Source: Candidatus Hadarchaeota archaeon (GTDB taxonomy: Archaea > Hadarchaeota > Hadarchaeia > Hadarchaeales > JAGGTB01). Taken from it: a stretch of 64,000 nt of DNA. The position numbers were made by a program, and so were the translations under genes. The notes below the pieces were generated by a model. That model searched no databases, was not told where the DNA came from, and saw only the letters and a program-made list of their open reading frames with translations. The first letter of the stretch is position 1, and each line of letters starts with the position of its first letter. The stretch spans positions 1 through 64,000 of the forward strand of contig CAYLJV010000005.1 in assembly GCA_964384105.1 (NCBI GenBank), in the 5' to 3' direction. Positions 27,179 to 36,400 of the stretch are shown one piece after another.

Positions 27179-29197
27179 TTGGACGAGGATATAGGGCAGA
27201 GGTTAGAAGAGCTTTTGAGTAGCAGTGAAATAGCAGATGAATTACAGAAGCTTTCTTCAAAAGGTAAGAGGTCACTTGTTCTAGATTTTGATCGTTTGTT
27301 TGAAGAGGATACTGATCTTGCTAACTATCTCCTTGATAATCCATCTAAGTTTTTAGAGAAGGCAGATTCTATTCTAAAAGACATAACTGAAATACCGGGC
27401 TTTCATTTACGGATTAAAAACCTGGATGAAACTGTTGATATAAGACAGGTAAGAGCCAGTGACGTGGGCAAATTCATACAGTTAGAGGGTATTTTGACTC
27501 GGGCCAGCGATATAAAGCCGGAAATCAAGGTTGCTACTTTCAAGTGCCTTAAGTGTGGGGAGAGGAATAGGGTTCAACAACCTGGTGAGATGTTCAGGGA
27601 ACCCCAAGTTTGTCAGAATCCGAACTGTTCGAAGAAAGGACCATTTAAGCTTGAGGCCGAGGACTCAGAATTTGTAGATTGGCAGAGCCTTAGAGTACAG
27701 GAGTTACCGGAGAAACTTAGAGGTGGTAGAATCCCTCGTTATATCAATGCCATAGCTAGGGATGATATTGTTGATGAAGGGGTACCAGGTAACCAAGTTC
27801 TGATTACGGGCATTCTCAGAGCATTTCAGGAGTCCAAAAGAAACAAGAAAAAAACGACTTTCCAAAAAGTTCTTGAAATAAATTATATCAAAGTTAAGGA
27901 AAAGAGTGTAGAAGAGACAGAGCTCTCAGAAGAAGACGAAGAATGGATCGAGGATTTAAAGCAGAATCACCGAGTTAGAAATATTTTCATAAATTCTATT
28001 GCACCTAGTATTTTCGGTTACGAAAAAATCAAGGAAGCTATTGCTCTTCAGTTAGTTGGGTCTCCCGCTGTTGAACTTCCGGATGGGTCGAGGATTAGAG
28101 GTGATAGTCATATTTTGATGACGGGGGATCCTGGAACGGCTAAGAGCCAACTCCTAAAGTGGACGAACAAAGTTACACCTAGAGGAGTGTATACTTCGGG
28201 TAAGAAGGCGACTGGAGCGGGGTTGACTGCTGCTGCCGTTAGAGATGAGATGACTGGTGGTTGGACTCTTGAGGCAGGTGCTTTGGCCATAGGAGATGGT
28301 GGAATGGCTTGTATAGATGAGTTTGATAAGATGTCTGATGAGGATTCGGGTGCTATTTTGGAATCCATGGAGCAACAAACTATTAGTGTGGCCAAGGCAG
28401 GTATTGTAGCAACTTTGAATACAAGAACAGCTATACTAGCAGCGGCTAACCCAAGGTTGGGTAGATTTGATAGATATGATCCTATTCCTCAACAGATAGA
28501 TTTACCGGCTTTGATTCTATCCAGATTTGATTTGATATTTGTCTTGAGAGATGTTCCAAAGGAGGAGAAGGATCGGGATCTTGCGAAGCATATGTTGAAT
28601 CTTCAGAGTAGTCCTGACAAGGTTGTCAAACCAGATTTGACTCAGGAGGAGCTTAGGAAATTAATAATTTATGCTAAAAAGTACGTTCATCCCAAATTTA
28701 AGAGCGAAGAGGTAAAGAAGAAATTAGAAGACTTTTTCGTTCAGTGGAGGAAGGTTGCTGGTGGAGAAATAGCTTCTGAAGAAGAAGCTGTTCCTATAAC
28801 CGCTCGGCAGTTAGAAGCATTAGTGAGGTTGGCTAAGTCGAATGCACGACTAAGATTAGCCGATGAAGTTACAGTTGAGGATGCGGATAGAGCTATCGGG
28901 ATTTTTAGGGCCTCACTCAGACAACTTGGTATAGAGGATGAGTCGGGTAAAACCGATATAGATCTTCTGATGACCGGTCACTCTAGAACCCAACACGAAA
29001 AACTCCAGAGAATTATGGAGATTATTGATGATTTGGAGAAGGATTACGAAGACGGAGCCCCCATCAAATTGGTCAAGCAAGAGGCAAGATCAGAGGGAAT
29101 TGATCAAGAGTTTGTGGAAGAGATGATCCGCAGAGAAAAAAGAAACGGCAGACTTTACTCTCCAAGTGAGGAAGTAATCAGTCGGGCTACGAGGTGA
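27179..29197 (+). CDS. mcm: MCM replicative helicase
   Basis: Zn finger, GDPGTAKSQ, GLTAAAV, IDEFDKM, LSRFD, ITARQLE. Confidence 0.97.
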   Translation: MDEDIGQRLEELLSSSEIADELQKLSSKGKRSLVLDFDRLFEEDTDLANYLLDNPSKFLEKADSILKDITEIPGFHLRIKNLDETVDIRQVRASDVGKFIQLEGILTRASDIKPEIKVATFKCLKCGERNRVQQPGEMFREPQVCQNPNCSKKGPFKLEAEDSEFVDWQSLRVQELPEKLRGGRIPRYINAIARDDIVDEGVPGNQVLITGILRAFQESKRNKKKTTFQKVLEINYIKVKEKSVEETELSEEDEEWIEDLKQNHRVRNIFINSIAPSIFGYEKIKEAIALQLVGSPAVELPDGSRIRGDSHILMTGDPGTAKSQLLKWTNKVTPRGVYTSGKKATGAGLTAAAVRDEMTGGWTLEAGALAIGDGGMACIDEFDKMSDEDSGAILESMEQQTISVAKAGIVATLNTRTAILAAANPRLGRFDRYDPIPQQIDLPALILSRFDLIFVLRDVPKEEKDRDLAKHMLNLQSSPDKVVKPDLTQEELRKLIIYAKKYVHPKFKSEEVKKKLEDFFVQWRKVAGGEIASEEEAVPITARQLEALVRLAKSNARLRLADEVTVEDADRAIGIFRASLRQLGIEDESGKTDIDLLMTGHSRTQHEKLQRIMEIIDDLEKDYEDGAPIKLVKQEARSEGIDQEFVEEMIRREKRNGRLYSPSEEVISRATR

Positions 29198-29201
29198 TTT
29201 T

Positions 29202-29753
29202 ATGGAGCAAGTTGTGAAGATATTACAAGATTTTCCGGAAGTAAGATTGGTAGGGAGAAACTTGGGGTCTTTCTCGGAAGGGGAGGAGGTAAGCCTTAAG
29301 GTTTGGGAAGCTTCTCTTCTTGAGGAGAGGGGGATAGCAAAACCTGTTGATGATTTTTCCGTAGTAGGAATTCGTAAGATGCTTATGAGGGAACAAAGAT
29401 CTTCAGAGTTGAAAAAGATCCCTTCTAATTTTTATCACATTATTTCAAATAAGATCGAAAAGTTGAGACGTGAAGAAGAATTCGAGAAGGCTGAGGAAGT
29501 AAAGAAAATAATTAAGTCTTTAAGCAAGATCAGACTACAAAAAATTGCGAGAATTTCTTTGTCCTCTGATTCTACTACAGATACGTCTTATATGGAAACT
29601 TTCTTTGTGAATAGACTTAATCATGTTCTTAAAATATGGAGACAACGGCTGGACCGTCTCCTAGAAGAAACCTATAAAGAGGAGGTAGGTGCCCATAAAG
29701 GAGGAATCAGGAGGAGTATTCCGAGAGTTGTTGAAAACACAGCAGATATTTAA
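29202..29753 (+). CDS. GINS complex subunit (Gins23-like)
   Basis: N-terminal beta domain (LGSFSEGEEVSLKVWEA), P.NFY, RLQKI; directly after mcm. Confidence 0.75.
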   Translation: MEQVVKILQDFPEVRLVGRNLGSFSEGEEVSLKVWEASLLEERGIAKPVDDFSVVGIRKMLMREQRSSELKKIPSNFYHIISNKIEKLRREEEFEKAEEVKKIIKSLSKIRLQKIARISLSSDSTTDTSYMETFFVNRLNHVLKIWRQRLDRLLEETYKEEVGAHKGGIRRSIPRVVENTADI

Positions 29754-30972
29754 GAATAGAGAATATTTAAGACCGACATATATACCCGAAAACTTGCCCC
29801 ATCGGGGTGAGGAGATAGACCAATTAGCTAGGATATGGGTAGCACCCCTTAGAGGAGAGACTCCTTCGAATGTCTTTGTCTATGGAAAGACGGGCACAGG
29901 GAAGACTGCGACCGTAAAATACTTAATGGGCGAGCTGGAAGAGACTGCAGATGATTTTTCTCGAGAGATAAGAGTTGCTTATCTTAATTGCGAAGTTGTT
30001 GACACTAAATATAGAGTACTTGCTACTTTATCGAATAAGCTCCGTAGTGAGTTGAGTGATGATTTGAAGGAAGATGGGGATTTACCGGATGAAGTTCCAA
30101 TGACTGGCTGGCCGACGGATGAGGTATACGAAAATCTTCGAAGTATGTTGGATTTTAGGAATCAGATAGTAATAGTTATTTTAGATGAGATCGATCGATT
30201 GGTCTCGAAAGGAACTTCAGATGTTCTTTATCTTCTCACTCGAATAAATTCGGATTTGTCTAGGGCCAAAGTTGGAGTTGCAGGAATCTCAAATAATCTT
30301 AATTTTGTAAATGATTTAGATCCGAGAATTATTAGTAGCCTTGGAGAGGAGGAGGTTATATTTCCTCCATACAATGCAGAACAGTTAAAGGATATTCTGA
30401 TTGAGAGGTCTAGAAAGGGATTTGCTGAGAATGTTATTTCAGAGGGAGTGATAAGCCTTTGTGCGGCCCATGCTGCCAGAAAGCATGGTGATGCCCGAAG
30501 GGCACTAGACCTCCTGAGAAATGCGGGCGAAATTGCAGAGGAGGAGAGAGCTAAAGAAGTTAAGAATAAACATGTCACTCGCGCAGCCCAGCGAATCGAA
30601 AGAGATAGAATGGAAGAAGCGATCAGAACTCTTCCGGATCAATCAAAGTTAATTCTTTTGAGCGTTCTATTGCTTCAGGAAAGGAAAGCCCGTAAGATAG
30701 GAACTGGGGATGTTTACGATGTTTATTCTTCCTTATGCCGACAACATGGGTGGGAAATTTTAACCCGGAGGCGAGTTAGTGGGCTTCTTTCAGAATTGGA
30801 CATGATGGGTGTTTTAGATGCAAGAGTGGTCAGTAACGGTCGTTATGGAAGGACTAAGGAAGTTGAGTTGAATGTTGACCCACTTCAGGTTAAATCGGCG
30901 ATTCAGGAAGAGATCTATATAAAAAACTTGGATTCTCTTCCCGGACCTAAGCAGACTCGACTCGGAGGATAG
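29689..30972 (+). CDS. cdc6: Orc1/Cdc6 replication initiator
   Basis: YIPENLPHR, GKTGTGKT, LDEID, SSLGEEE, HGDARRALDLL, GRYGRTK. Confidence 0.96.
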   Translation: MPIKEESGGVFRELLKTQQIFKNREYLRPTYIPENLPHRGEEIDQLARIWVAPLRGETPSNVFVYGKTGTGKTATVKYLMGELEETADDFSREIRVAYLNCEVVDTKYRVLATLSNKLRSELSDDLKEDGDLPDEVPMTGWPTDEVYENLRSMLDFRNQIVIVILDEIDRLVSKGTSDVLYLLTRINSDLSRAKVGVAGISNNLNFVNDLDPRIISSLGEEEVIFPPYNAEQLKDILIERSRKGFAENVISEGVISLCAAHAARKHGDARRALDLLRNAGEIAEEERAKEVKNKHVTRAAQRIERDRMEEAIRTLPDQSKLILLSVLLLQERKARKIGTGDVYDVYSSLCRQHGWEILTRRRVSGLLSELDMMGVLDARVVSNGRYGRTKEVELNVDPLQVKSAIQEEIYIKNLDSLPGPKQTRLGG

Positions 30973-30974
30973 AA

Positions 30975-32615
30975 ATGTCGAAGGCTTCCGAAGTTGTGGA
31001 TAGATTTATTGATGAAGGAATGCATCTAACTCCAAAAGCTTTAGATTTAATTTTAGAGCGAACAGATTCGAATATTTCCCAGGTGATTTCAAAGCTTGAT
31101 GAAAGAAAAGATCGTCCTAGTATAATCACTGACGAGGTTTTATCTAGAATTTTGGAATCCGACGATACGATTACTTCCGATGCTTTTGAGCTCTCTTTGC
31201 AAGATGAAGATATTGAACCTGCAGAATGTAAAGAAAGTGTTGATACTGAGTCGGGCCATGGTTTTATAGAAGAAAAAGAGGAGTCGAGACTTCGGAAGAA
31301 TTTGAAGATTACGAAACATCGTGATCATCAGGATCAGGTTCAAGTTTTGCAAGAAATTACTGGAAAAAGTACTAGTGAAGGCAAAGTTGAAGACTTCGTT
31401 CAATTGTTTAGAGATAGATACGAGAAGCTAAGTTCTATTATCCGTTCTAGGGAGGGATTCCAAAATTACACAGAGATTGGCAATGTGGTAAGACATGAAG
31501 GTGATACAGTCCATCTGGTGGGATTAGTGAATAGTAAGAGAGAGACAAGAAATAAGGATGCGTGGTTGATAGAGCTAGAAGATCTTTCAGGAAAGGTTGT
31601 TGTTTACGTCAAAGATTCTCAAAGGAATGAGGAAGTTATCGAAAGTATGGGGAAAATAGTTACTGATGAGGTTATCGGAGTGAGGGCAAAGGTACCTGAT
31701 GACCTCCGGACAGGTGATAGAACTCCGCTGGTTTGGGGAAATGAAGTGGTTTGGCCAGATATTCCTATCTCAAGATCCCCTTCTTTTGATCAGGATGAAT
31801 CAGTAGAAGCTTCTGGTTTTGCAGTTCTCGTTTCTGATCTTCATGTTGGTAGTGGAATGTTTCTTCCAAAAGTTTTTGAAAAATTTCTCGAGTGGCTAAA
31901 CTGTGAAGCAGGTAACGAGGAACAAAGAAAGATAGCGGAACAGGTGAAATATCTGATAATTGCAGGAGATTTAGTCGACGGAATTGGAATCTATCCCGGT
32001 CAGCAGAAGGAACTTGAAATAGAGAATATAGAGGATCAGTATATGAAGGTAGCTGATTATTTGTCTCAAGTTCCAGATAGGATAAATATTATCGCTTCTC
32101 CCGGAAACCATGATGCCGTTAGACTAGCTGAACCTCAGCCTTGTTTGTATTCCGAAGTGGCAAATCCTCTGCGAGAAATAGGAGTGAAGTTGGTAGGAAA
32201 TCCTGCTCTTTTGGATATCGAGGGTATTAAGTTTCTTGTATATCACGGAATGGGTTTCGATGACTTATTTTCGGCAGTTTCTGGTTTAGATCGGAAGGAT
32301 GTTGTCACTCCGATGAAAGAGATTTTGAGAAGAAGACATTTAGCTCCTATTTATGGAGAACCTATGGGAGGAAGGACGCCTATAGCGCCTGAGAAAGAAG
32401 ACTATTTAGTAATTGATGAAGTGCCAGATGTCTTACATTGTGGCCATCTACATAGGTATGGGTGCGGAGAATATCGAGGAGTTCTAATGGTTAATTCAGC
32501 CACTTTCCAGGAACAGACTGTATTTATGAAAAGACAGGGGATTGTTCCAACGCCTGGTCGAGTTCCTATAGTTGATTTGGAAACAAAGAAAGCGAGGGCG
32601 ATAAATTTTGCCTAG
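30975..32615 (+). CDS. polB: DNA polymerase D small subunit DP1
   Basis: OB fold (LEDLSG), SDLHVGS, GDLVDGIG, PGNHD, HLAPIYG, GHLH. Confidence 0.95.
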   Translation: MSKASEVVDRFIDEGMHLTPKALDLILERTDSNISQVISKLDERKDRPSIITDEVLSRILESDDTITSDAFELSLQDEDIEPAECKESVDTESGHGFIEEKEESRLRKNLKITKHRDHQDQVQVLQEITGKSTSEGKVEDFVQLFRDRYEKLSSIIRSREGFQNYTEIGNVVRHEGDTVHLVGLVNSKRETRNKDAWLIELEDLSGKVVVYVKDSQRNEEVIESMGKIVTDEVIGVRAKVPDDLRTGDRTPLVWGNEVVWPDIPISRSPSFDQDESVEASGFAVLVSDLHVGSGMFLPKVFEKFLEWLNCEAGNEEQRKIAEQVKYLIIAGDLVDGIGIYPGQQKELEIENIEDQYMKVADYLSQVPDRINIIASPGNHDAVRLAEPQPCLYSEVANPLREIGVKLVGNPALLDIEGIKFLVYHGMGFDDLFSAVSGLDRKDVVTPMKEILRRRHLAPIYGEPMGGRTPIAPEKEDYLVIDEVPDVLHCGHLHRYGCGEYRGVLMVNSATFQEQTVFMKRQGIVPTPGRVPIVDLETKKARAINFA

Positions 32616-33417
32616 TATAAAAAAAGAGTTCTCTAACTTGGAGGCCTTTCTTTTTGATATGGATGGTGTTCTCTACATTGGTGAGTCTCCTATTAGGGGT
32701 TCTAAAGAGGCGATCTATTCTCTGAGGCGAGAGGGGAAAAAGATAGCTCTTCTGACTAATAATTCTACTAAGTCCCGGAAAAGTTACGAAAAGAAATTTT
32801 CTGAGGTTGGTCTGGAAATAGATAAATCTAATATAATAACTTCTAGTTATGCTACAGCCCTCTACTTATCCGAGAATTACAAAGAAAGGAAGGTTTATGT
32901 GATTGGAGAAGCGGGGCTAAAAACTGAGTTGGAGGAGGCGGGATTCGATATTCTTTCCCGAAAGGATTCGAAAAACGCAGATTTTGTTGTTGTGGGGATG
33001 GATAGAGGACTAACTTACGATAAAATCTGGGGTGGACTATCTGCTCTTCTATCCGGAGCTGAATTTATAGCTACAAATTCTGACCCAACCTACCCGACCG
33101 AGCAGGGCTTATCTCCAGGTGCAGGCGCATCAATAGGTGCACTCTCAGGGTCTTCAAAGAGAGAGCCTTCTACGGACATAGGGAAGCCTTCTACCTATAT
33201 GATTGATACGGCACTTGATATTCTCGGGGTTCCTCGAGAAAAAACCGCGATCGTAGGGGATAGAATAGATATGGACATAAAAGCGGGCAACCGAGCGGGT
33301 CTTACTTCTATTCTGGTTTTGACCGGTGTAGATGATCGAGATAATGCTAATACTGCTGTGGGAACTGAAGCTGCTCCAGATTATGTGATTTCCGATCTTC
33401 TTGAATTATTAGAGTAG
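32608..33417 (+). CDS. HAD-IIA (NagD-like) phosphatase
   Basis: FDMDGVL, LTNNS, ATNSD, GKP, GDRIDMDI. Confidence 0.92.
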   Translation: MPSIKKEFSNLEAFLFDMDGVLYIGESPIRGSKEAIYSLRREGKKIALLTNNSTKSRKSYEKKFSEVGLEIDKSNIITSSYATALYLSENYKERKVYVIGEAGLKTELEEAGFDILSRKDSKNADFVVVGMDRGLTYDKIWGGLSALLSGAEFIATNSDPTYPTEQGLSPGAGASIGALSGSSKREPSTDIGKPSTYMIDTALDILGVPREKTAIVGDRIDMDIKAGNRAGLTSILVLTGVDDRDNANTAVGTEAAPDYVISDLLELLE

Positions 33418-33425
33418 GTGGTTTT

Positions 33426-36400
33426 CTGAAAGATTATTTCTCTATTTTGGACGAAGGACTGGAAAAGGCCTATGAAACTGCTAAAAAGGCTAGAAAGAGA
33501 GGATTTGATCCAAAAGATGAACCCGAGATTCCTTTGGCGGAGGATCTCGCTGCTAGGGTAGAGAAGCTGGCTGGACCGGAGGGGGTTGCGGAGGCGATTA
33601 GAGACCTTGAGAAGGATTACTCCCGAGAGGATCTGACTTTCAAGATCGCAGAGATGATTGTTGACGATGAATTTGGACACCTTTCCGATAGTGAAGCAGC
33701 TGAACAGTCTGTTAGAACTTGTTTGGCTATTATAACTGAGGGGGTTGCTGCCGCTGCACCCATAGAAGGAATAACAAAAGTTGATATAAAGGAAAATTTT
33801 GATGGTTCCCTCTATCTGGCTATCTATTTCGCGGGTCCTATAAGGTCCGCGGGGGGGACTGCAGCTGCGCTTGCGGTACTACTGGGAGACTTTGTTAGAA
33901 GGAAGATGAATTTGAGTTCCTATGAACCCTCAGATCTTGAAGTGGAGCGATTTGTGGAAGAGGTAAATATCTACGGGGATACTGTAGGATTACAGTATAC
34001 GCCAAGAGAAGATGAGGTTAGAGAAGCATATCAGAATATTCCTGTTGAAGTAACGGGTGAACCCACTGAACAGGAGGTTGTAACTGGGTACAGAAATCTT
34101 GAGAGAGTTGAGACAAACAGGGTGAGGGGAGGTGCAGTTCTGGCCATAGCCGAGGGTGTTCTTCAGAAGGCACCAAAGATATTGAAGCACCTTGATAATT
34201 TGGGCTTAGGTGGATGGGAGTGGCTCAGTGATTTGCAGAAGCCCTCTTCGTCTGAGGAAGAGGAGAAGCAGAAGTATCCAAAAGGGGATAAATATCTTAA
34301 GGACATTATAGCTGGCCGAGCGGTTTTTAGCCATCCTGGTAGACCCGGTGGTTTTAGATTAAGATATGGGCGTGCTCGCAACACAGGACTTGCTGCCGCG
34401 GGTGTTCACCCTGCGACGATGAGGATCTTGGATGATCATATCTCCACTGGTATACAACTGAAGACTGAGCGTCCAGGGAAAGCGACAGCTGTTTCCCCTG
34501 TTGATTCGATCGAAGGTCCTACTGTACTTTTGAAAGATGGTTCAGTAATCCGTTTGGATTCAGCTTCAGTAGCTAAGGATATCAAAGACGATGTTAAGGA
34601 AATATTGTCTCTTGGAGATATTCTCTTTGGTTATGGTGAGTTCTTGGAAAATAATCATCCATTGATGCCTTCCGGTTATTGCCAGGAGTGGTGGTCTCTA
34701 GAGGTCAAAAAAGAACTCAAAAATAAAGACTTCGAAGAAGATTTGGCTCCTTACTTAGAACCCCCCTTCGAAACCCCCAGTCCAGGACTTGCTTTAGAAG
34801 TTTCTAGGAATCTAGATGTTCCTCTTCATCCTGACTTTACTTTCAATTATCACGATTTGGAGATAGAGGAAATTGAAAGGTTAGGGAACTGGCTGGCTTC
34901 TTGTGATGCTAGTTTCGAAGGAGAGATTTTAGGAAATCTTCGCGGCAATCTCGATAAAGACTCTAAGAGAATGTTGGAGGTTTTGGAAGTTCCCCATGAT
35001 GTTGAAGGTGATGAGATCATTATTGGGGAGGAGTCGCTTCCCCTCTGTGAAAGTCTGGGCCTTGTTGAGGGTGAAAATTTAAACTCTAATCGTCTTAGCT
35101 CCGCTGTCCGGGAGAATAGTGAGTTAGACACAGTAGATTTATTGAACTTAGTGGCAGGATTTCCGATCAGAGAAAAGGCTCCCACTCGTATAGGTGCAAG
35201 AATGGGCCGTCCCGAGAAAACTAATCCAAGAAAGATGAGTCCTCCCCCGCATGTTTTATTCCCGATAGGGTGGGCCGGAGGGAATACGAGAAATGTGGGC
35301 AAGGCATCCGACAAGGAAAATGTACAGATCGAGGTTGCACATTGCGAGTGTCCTGAATGTGGTGAGGTTACTATTCTCAACAAATGTCCCAGCTGTGGTA
35401 CTAGGACAGAGATGACCCGTTATTGCACTAAATGTGAACGACCTTCGAAAGAAGAAAATTGTGTTGCGTGTGGGGGTCGAGCAACTTTCTATCGTGAAAG
35501 AGAAGTGGACCTTAAGTCCTTTTTGAATGACGCACTTGGTAGGTTAGAGGAAGGTATTCCAGGAACTCTTAAGGGAGTAAAGGGAATGACTAGTGCATAT
35601 AAACTCCCTGAACCTCTCGAAAAAGGTATTCTCAGATCAAAACATGATGTTTATGTTTTTAAGGATGGGACTATAAGATTTGATGCTACGGATTTGCCCC
35701 TTACACATTTCTACCCTCGTGAGATAGATGTTTCAGTTGAACGACTTAGGGAGATGGGTTATACTGAGGATTATAGAGGAGACCCTTTGGAAAATGAAAA
35801 TCAGATCTTGGAGCTGAAGGTTCAAGATATACTTCTATCAAAATCTGCAACGGGCTATCTCTTAAAGACTGCCCAATTCGTTGACGATTTGCTAGAGAAG
35901 TTTTACGACTTGCCTCCATTCTACAATGCGAATGAGAAGGAGGATTTGATTGGTCATCTCGTGATTGGCCTTGCCCCTCACACTTCTGCTGGAATAACTG
36001 GTAGGATAATTGGATTCTCGGAAGCCAATGTTGGATATGCTCATCCTTACTTTCATGCCGCTAAGAGAAGGAATTGTTTCAATTATGATCATAGAGTTTT
36101 CTTTTACGATGAAAGTGTTGATAAATTTGTGACTAGTAAGGTAGGCGAATTAGTTGAGAATAGGTTTCAAAATAAGGAGCCAATACCCTTAGATAATTTC
36201 GGTACCGAAAAGGTCTGTTCCGATGGTAATCTATATGCTTATGTTTTAGATAGGGAGTCTGGAAAACTTGTTAAGAAACCGATTAATTGCTTTATTAGAG
36301 GAAGGACCGAGAAGTGGGTGAATATTACTACTTCGACTAACAGAGAGCTGAAAGTCACTCCAGGTCATAATATTTCTGTTATGGAGGATGGGGAGCTTAG

